From Myxococcota bacterium (GTDB lineage Bacteria; Myxococcota; SpSt-1050), in contig JBMFOP010000088.1 in the NCBI GenBank assembly GCA_049969675.1, forward strand, positions 1 through 12,511: DNA of 12,511 nucleotides, in the 5' to 3' direction. The translations under genes and the position numbers were made by a program. A model generated the notes under the pieces. That model saw only the letters and a program-made list of their open reading frames with translations. It did no database searches and was not told the origin of the DNA. Below are positions 7,005 to 12,511 of the stretch, one piece after another (positions within the stretch are counted from its first letter, which is position 1; each line of letters starts with the position of its first letter).

Positions 7005-10000
7005 TTGGAAGATAAGAAGATAACAGATATCATTAATAGGAAGCTGGAAAGACTTGCTACACTCCCAATATACCTGAGAGGCCAGCAGTATTTTAGAGAC
7101 GGTTATGTCCTGTCTCTAAAGGTAGAGAGGCTGGAAAACTCTATCAAATTAATTGGGAATGTGAGAAATCAGAATGGGAAGGTCTATACTACATCTGTCA
7201 GATTGCAGGGGAATGATATTGTTGAGAAGGGTTGTAACTGCCCGTTTATAGGGAATATCTGTAAGCATATGGTTGCAATTGTAATCGCATATCTCGAAGG
7301 GGCTCATCAGGAGGAGAATGAGGAGACAGTCCCCGTAAAATTTACTCTTCTGGACCATCTGAAAATAAAGAGAGCAAAGCAGGAGATAGATATACAGAAG
7401 ATTAGATATGTTATGGCATTTATCGGTAATACAAACGCTGTTCTCAAATTTTTAGATGGCAAGACAGGTAAAAATGTGGGCCCGCTTACAGAAGATGTTA
7501 TACAGAAATATACCCTGACTCCGCTCGAGAGGGTTTATATCTACTTCTTCAGAAGTTTTTATGACCCATTATATGGCGGAATAAATATTACTCCAGAGAA
7601 TTTTTATGAGGTGCTCGGCTTCTTCAATATAGTGGAGATCTATGATGTCTTTCTTCAGAGACCGATTAAACTCGGCCCAGCCGGTTCATACCCCATAAAG
7701 TTTACCATAGAGACCAAAAAGGAATCAGGGAATTATTATATAAAACTAAGGCATATAAAAGAGGATATCATCGTATTTCCCGAAAGTGGTCCACTCGCTG
7801 TATATAAGGATGGGGTTATATATCCACTTAATGAAGTGGAATCAAATCTGTGGCAGTATGTAATAAAATTTGGGGATATTGAGGCTGAAAAAGATGACGC
7901 GCTGATGCTGCTTGAACTTATTAGAAGAGAGAATTCAAATATAATTTTCACTGACAAATCTGGTAGAGAGGTAAAGGTTTATCTGGATTACAACACATCT
8001 CCAAATTGCATACTGGATATTAAGTCTGGAAAGGTAAATTGTCCGATAGAGATATTCTTTGAATATTCTGGAGTCAGAATTTCAGATGAGGTGAAGAATA
8101 CAAAATACTGTCTTATTGAAAATGGTGATTCGCTGAACATTATAAAGAGAGATATTGAGTTTGAGAAGGGTATAAAGGACGAGTTATTGGAATCTGGTTT
8201 TGATATGAGTGATGGAAAGTGGAGTATAAATATGGATGAACTCCTTTCACTCTTATATCACAAACCAGAATTTTTTGGTGACAGGGTTCAACTCTCCGAA
8301 GATTCTATTGCAAGAGAGATAACTTTCTTAAGTCCGGTCTTCTTTAATCTCGGTCTTACAATGCCTGAAGGGCTCAACTGGTTTGAACTCAAGATGAAAT
8401 TTTTCTCTGGTAAGAGAGAGATCCCCTATGAGAAGGTTATATCTGCGATTGCAGATGGCAAGAGATTTGTAGAGATAGATGAATTGGTATATCTTCCACT
8501 TGACAATGATGTGCTGATGAAGTTGTGGGAGGATGTTCAGGAATATGGTTATTTTGACCCTGAAAAGTTGCAGCTCAGGATGCCCACATTCTCATTAAAG
8601 TTGATTGAGGGGACATTGAAACTTATTAAGGATATTGAGTACGATGAAAATGTTGAGAGGCTCAAAAGGATGTTTGATAAATTTGAGGGGATTAGAGATG
8701 TAGAGCCGCCCTCAGGACTCAACGCACAACTCTGGGATTTCCAGAAGAAGGGGTTGAACTGGCTTGCATTCCTCTCGGATTTTGGTCTATCAGGTATCCT
8801 TGCAGATGATATGGGTCTCGGGAAGACGATTCAGACAATCTCTTTATTACTTTATAAAAAGGAGAAGGAGGGTGCAAGGACAAATCTCGTTATAACCCCT
8901 ACTTCTGTATTGCAAAACTGGTATTATGAGATTCAGAAATTTGCACCGTCTTTGAGGGTCTATATCTATTATGGAAGACTCAGGAGAGAGAAGGTCCCTG
9001 CGTTTAACGATTATGATGTCATCCTCACATCTTATGGAATATTGAGACGAGATTATGAGGTGCTTGAGAATATCAGATTCAGGTATGTGGTTCTGGACGA
9101 GGCACAGAATATAAAGAATTTTGCCTCTATGACAAAGAAGGTGAGTAAGTTATTGAAGGCAGATTATAAACTTGCCCTAACCGGTACCCCTCTTGAAAAT
9201 AGGCCGCTTGAGCTCTGGTCCATCTTTGACTTTTTAATGCCCGGATATCTGGGTGGACTTGAAAGATTCAAGAGGACATATGATGCACCGATAGTTAAGT
9301 TTAATGATGAGAAGGCCTCAAAGAGATTGAAGAGGCTTACCTCAACATTTGTTTTGAGAAGACTTAAGGATCAGGTTGCATCTGACCTACCCCCAAAGAT
9401 GGAGATAGTCCAGAAGTGCAATCTCTCAGATGAACAGAGAGAGGTATATAAGTCGGTTCTGATCACTCAGCGAGAGAAGGTTTTCAGCGAGATTGAGAAG
9501 AAGGGACTCAACAAGAGCTCTTTAACAATTCTCGCCGCCTTAACAAAGCTCAGACAGATATGCTGCCATCCAAATATTGTTAAGGAGCTTAAAGATTCAA
9601 AGATTATGGAGTCAGCCAAACTGGAGCTTATGAAGGAGATAGTGCAGAATGTGCTTGATGAAGGCCACAGGGTAATAATATATTCACAATTTGTAGAGAT
9701 GCTCTCAATAATCAGAAAGGACTTTGACAGCGGGAATATACCATACTACTATCTGGATGGTTCTACACCGGCTGCAAAGAGATTAAAGATTGTAGATGAT
9801 TTTAATAGAGATGATAAGACCAATCTATTTTTGATCAGTCTTAAGGCGGGTGGAGTTGGACTCAATATCACCGGTGCAGATTATGTGATACACTATGACC
9901 CCTGGTGGAACCCCGCTGTGATGGATCAGGCTACAGATAGAGTCCACAGGATAGGTCAGACTAAAAATGTCTTTGTATATAAACTCATTACTATCGGCAC

Positions 10001-10133
10001 TGTGGAAGAGAAGATATTGAGACTTCAGGAAGAGAAGAAGAATATATTTGAGAAGGTTATAGGTAATGAAGAGAGCATAGGTAAACTTATTAACAGGGAT
10101 GACCTCGCAATGCTCTTTGATTTTGAAGGATGA
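7005..10133 (+). CDS. SWIM zinc-finger SNF2/SWI2-family helicase
   Basis: SWIM motif CNCPFIGNICKH; motif I LADDMGLGKT, II DEAQ, III LTGTPLEN, V SLKAGGVGLN, VI QATDRVHRIGQ. Start placed at TTG 7005 because GGAG (6994-6997) lies 7 nt upstream. The ORF track uses TTG 6990. Confidence 0.95.
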   Translation: MEDKKITDIINRKLERLATLPIYLRGQQYFRDGYVLSLKVERLENSIKLIGNVRNQNGKVYTTSVRLQGNDIVEKGCNCPFIGNICKHMVAIVIAYLEGAHQEENEETVPVKFTLLDHLKIKRAKQEIDIQKIRYVMAFIGNTNAVLKFLDGKTGKNVGPLTEDVIQKYTLTPLERVYIYFFRSFYDPLYGGINITPENFYEVLGFFNIVEIYDVFLQRPIKLGPAGSYPIKFTIETKKESGNYYIKLRHIKEDIIVFPESGPLAVYKDGVIYPLNEVESNLWQYVIKFGDIEAEKDDALMLLELIRRENSNIIFTDKSGREVKVYLDYNTSPNCILDIKSGKVNCPIEIFFEYSGVRISDEVKNTKYCLIENGDSLNIIKRDIEFEKGIKDELLESGFDMSDGKWSINMDELLSLLYHKPEFFGDRVQLSEDSIAREITFLSPVFFNLGLTMPEGLNWFELKMKFFSGKREIPYEKVISAIADGKRFVEIDELVYLPLDNDVLMKLWEDVQEYGYFDPEKLQLRMPTFSLKLIEGTLKLIKDIEYDENVERLKRMFDKFEGIRDVEPPSGLNAQLWDFQKKGLNWLAFLSDFGLSGILADDMGLGKTIQTISLLLYKKEKEGARTNLVITPTSVLQNWYYEIQKFAPSLRVYIYYGRLRREKVPAFNDYDVILTSYGILRRDYEVLENIRFRYVVLDEAQNIKNFASMTKKVSKLLKADYKLALTGTPLENRPLELWSIFDFLMPGYLGGLERFKRTYDAPIVKFNDEKASKRLKRLTSTFVLRRLKDQVASDLPPKMEIVQKCNLSDEQREVYKSVLITQREKVFSEIEKKGLNKSSLTILAALTKLRQICCHPNIVKELKDSKIMESAKLELMKEIVQNVLDEGHRVIIYSQFVEMLSIIRKDFDSGNIPYYYLDGSTPAAKRLKIVDDFNRDDKTNLFLISLKAGGVGLNITGADYVIHYDPWWNPAVMDQATDRVHRIGQTKNVFVYKLITIGTVEEKILRLQEEKKNIFEKVIGNEESIGKLINRDDLAMLFDFEG

Positions 10134-10151
10134 TTTTATAAGGAGGAAGAG

Positions 10152-12284
10152 ATGAAGAGAGATGGTATTGTAAGATTTGCAATCTTTTTGATGTTAATCG
10201 TTGCGTCTTTTATCCCATATTACTGTGGGACAACCAGAGATGATGCAGGACCGGATATAAGAGGTAAAGATGCAGTTTCAAAAGATGTGAGTGGACTTGA
10301 AGATATAGAGATAACAGATGGTGGTTACTCGGTGGTTACAGTCTATAATATCCAGAGTGGAGCTGTGGCGGAGAATACCCTTGTTGAGGTGAGGGATGTA
10401 GTCGTGACAAGCCCTACATTCAAATCCTCCTCAAAATCCACCGACAATGACTCATTCTTTGTAGTTGAGAAAGATGGAGGACCCTATTCAGGAATTTATA
10501 TCTTCTTTAAGAACAATAAGGCAGATGTGACTATTGGGGATCTGGTGGATATTCGTGGTACCTATATGGAGTACTACAATAATAGCCAGATTGTTGCGAC
10601 TGAGGTAATTAAGAAGGGCACCTCTCCACTTCCAGCCCCAACAGAGGTGGACCCTGCAAAGGTTAGGACAGGTGGAGAGGATTCTGAAAAATATGAGGGC
10701 TGTTTCGTCCGCGTGCTGAATGTAGAGGTTACAAATGATGCGGTTCTGGGCACCGATGGAAAACCACATGGAGATTTTGAGGTAACCGGTGGACTGATTG
10801 TGAGTAAACTATTTCCGAGGAACTATAAGGCAAAGAATGGTGATAGACTGGATTCAATAATAGGAATCCTCAATTACAGCTTTGATCAGATGAGACTTCA
10901 ACCGAGAGATGATAACGATATTACCATTGGCTCTGTCTCGGATGGTGGAGTGGATGTGTCCGGCGATATTGATATTACAACCGGAATTACAATATATGAT
11001 ATTCAGGATGTCAATTCATCAAGGCATCCCGCAGAGAATTCCGCTGTAAAGGTGGAGAATGTGGTGGTGACAGGTGGGCAATTCGTTGCATCTGCCAAAT
11101 CAAATCTCTACGGAATCTTTGTTCAGGAGAAGAATGGTGGGCCATTCTCTGGAATAATGGTCGTATATGGAGCAACCTCTGGACTTGGGCCATTTCTTGT
11201 TGGAGATGTAATTACCATTGAAGGTACATATAAGGAATATTATGATATGTCCGAAATCGTGGCTACAAATATTACAAAGATAGGTTCTGGATATAAGATT
11301 GAGCCGATACTGGTTGACCCTGCGAAGGTTGCAACAGGTGGCGAGGATTCTGAGAAGTATGAGGGAGTCCTTGTAAAGGTTGAGAATGTGGAGGTAATCA
11401 GTGCCAATCCAGATGAATCCAGTGAGAAGGACTATAAAGAATTTATGGTTACCGGGAATCTGAGGGTAAATGATAAGTATAGTTATTCATATACTGCTAA
11501 TAGAAAGGTTGGAGATAAGTTTGATTATATAATTGGAATTCTGGATTATGACTTTAGCAATTTCAAACTCAACCCGAGGTCGGATGACGACCTTGCACTT
11601 GCTGGCACAGTTAAGCCAGATGCAGGTCAGAATACTGATGCAGGACTGGATACCGGTTTAGAAGATACAGCTATTGCTGATACTGGTGGTGGAAAGAGGT
11701 GTGCTGATAATGTTGTTATCAGTCAGATAAAGACCTTTGGTATAAATGATGGAGGTCCAAATCATCCTGATGAGTTTATAGAGATATATAACCCTCTTAC
11801 AACAGATATAAATCTCAATGGCTTTAAGATTCAATATAAATCTGCAACAGGGACTGACTGGAAGGAAGTTGCTGTTTTTACGGGTAAGAGCATTGGTGCA
11901 GGGAAATTCTTACTTGTTGCCTCGGATGTGGCAGTTCTTGGGAGCGTTACACCGGATATGACATATCCAAATGCTCAGCTCGGACTATCAGCATCTGGTG
12001 GAAATGTCAGAATAATTGATGGGAATGGAGATGTGATAGATATGGTGGCGTGGGGTAGTGGTAATTCGCCGGAGGGGAAGGCCGCTTTAGCCCCAATAAT
12101 GGGTGGTTCCATCATAAGGAAGGCAAAGGGAGATTCTACCTCAGATTCAATGAAGAGTGGTGGGTCAGATGAAAAGGCGGGGCATGGTGTTGATACAGAC
12201 AATAATGCAAATGACTTTGTTCTACTTGATATAGCCGAACCTAATAATTCGTTCTCTGATGCAGAGCCAAATATCTGTCAGTAG
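10152..12284 (+). CDS. Secreted (possibly lipid-anchored) protein with two tandem OB-fold-like modules and a C-terminal lamin tail domain
   Basis: AGGAGG SD, then a hydrophobic N-terminus followed by Cys25. Two ~200-aa repeats carry T(I/V)YxIQ...VVVT...SGI...GDxxxIxGTYxEYY...EKYEG..V.V.NV...IGILxYxF...LxPR, as in the accessory domains of ExeM/YhcR-type extracellular nucleases. LTD signature VVISQI...DEFIEIYNP...INLNGFKI...VIDMVAWG, then DTDNNANDF. Confidence 0.8.
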   Translation: MKRDGIVRFAIFLMLIVASFIPYYCGTTRDDAGPDIRGKDAVSKDVSGLEDIEITDGGYSVVTVYNIQSGAVAENTLVEVRDVVVTSPTFKSSSKSTDNDSFFVVEKDGGPYSGIYIFFKNNKADVTIGDLVDIRGTYMEYYNNSQIVATEVIKKGTSPLPAPTEVDPAKVRTGGEDSEKYEGCFVRVLNVEVTNDAVLGTDGKPHGDFEVTGGLIVSKLFPRNYKAKNGDRLDSIIGILNYSFDQMRLQPRDDNDITIGSVSDGGVDVSGDIDITTGITIYDIQDVNSSRHPAENSAVKVENVVVTGGQFVASAKSNLYGIFVQEKNGGPFSGIMVVYGATSGLGPFLVGDVITIEGTYKEYYDMSEIVATNITKIGSGYKIEPILVDPAKVATGGEDSEKYEGVLVKVENVEVISANPDESSEKDYKEFMVTGNLRVNDKYSYSYTANRKVGDKFDYIIGILDYDFSNFKLNPRSDDDLALAGTVKPDAGQNTDAGLDTGLEDTAIADTGGGKRCADNVVISQIKTFGINDGGPNHPDEFIEIYNPLTTDINLNGFKIQYKSATGTDWKEVAVFTGKSIGAGKFLLVASDVAVLGSVTPDMTYPNAQLGLSASGGNVRIIDGNGDVIDMVAWGSGNSPEGKAALAPIMGGSIIRKAKGDSTSDSMKSGGSDEKAGHGVDTDNNANDFVLLDIAEPNNSFSDAEPNICQ
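10335..11594 (+). repeat. Intragenic tandem domain duplication (about 10335-10922 and 10986-11594)
   Basis: The protein repeats align end to end. DNA similarity is visible at 10650-10700 vs 11316-11366 (DPAKV.TGGEDSEKYEG), an offset of 666 bp. Confidence 0.9.
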
Positions 12285-12314
12285 GATGTGAATATTCTCT
12301 AATATTTTACAGGT

Positions 12315-12337
12315 CACATCTCTCCAGAATAAAATTT
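12315..12337 (+). repeat. Possible solo IS4-type terminal inverted repeat
   Basis: CACATCTCTCCAGAATAAAATTT resembles both ends of the 942-1387 element (TACATCTGTCCAAAATAAATTT and CACTGCTGTCCAGAATAA). Similarity does not extend inward. Confidence 0.4.
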
Positions 12338-12511
12338 AATCCGTAACATCCCAAAATTTAAGTAATAGGTATTTAGTTATATTCATTTTTAGAATAAAAA
12401 CTACTTTTCATTAATACCATTATAATCCGTCTTTTCTCTGTGGATTTCTTAATTTGTTCCAAAAATTATAAATTTCTCACAGAATTAAATTATAACTACT
12501 CAACATTACTT

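Noticed and set aside
7005..10133. SNF2 helicase as part of an anti-phage system (DISARM, BREX, Zorya-type)
   Set aside because: No methyltransferase, nuclease or other defence partner is adjacent. The architecture is the common stand-alone SWIM-SNF2 type.
6770..12202. ORFs 6770..7015, 7149..7358, 7736..7957, 10488..10769, 11011..11193 and 11975..12202
   Set aside because: They overlap the promoter region or lie antisense to long genes, and show no motifs.
12338..12511. AT-rich tail as a CRISPR leader or repeat array
   Set aside because: No direct repeats or cas genes are visible in the window, and this cannot be judged without downstream sequence.

Overview
Low-GC bacterial chromosomal window. 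The taxonomy is inferred, not shown: the DUF3015 protein, NtrC-type regulator, PEGA protein and Asp-Ala-Gly-rich secreted-protein linkers suggest a deltaproteobacterium or Myxococcota-like host. From left to right it holds: a DUF3015 secreted protein running off the left edge (-); a ~1 kb scar region with a probable transposase-like fragment, an internal comM/YifB fragment and an internally deleted IS4-family element; oligoendopeptidase F with two in-frame SD-ATG starts (+); a convergent PEGA protein plus sigma54-dependent response regulator with a GAFSGA loop (-); a GT4 glycosyltransferase (-); a divergent promoter with a perfect CRP-type box; a SWIM-SNF2 helicase (+); and a secreted protein with duplicated OB-fold modules and a lamin-tail domain but no recognisable nuclease domain (+). 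I found no rRNA, tRNA or CRISPR array. No new system is proven by sequence alone. The best leads are the CRP-box/SNF2/OB-LTD unit, the dual-start PepF and the comM scar. All family calls come from motif recognition by eye, not from database searches.
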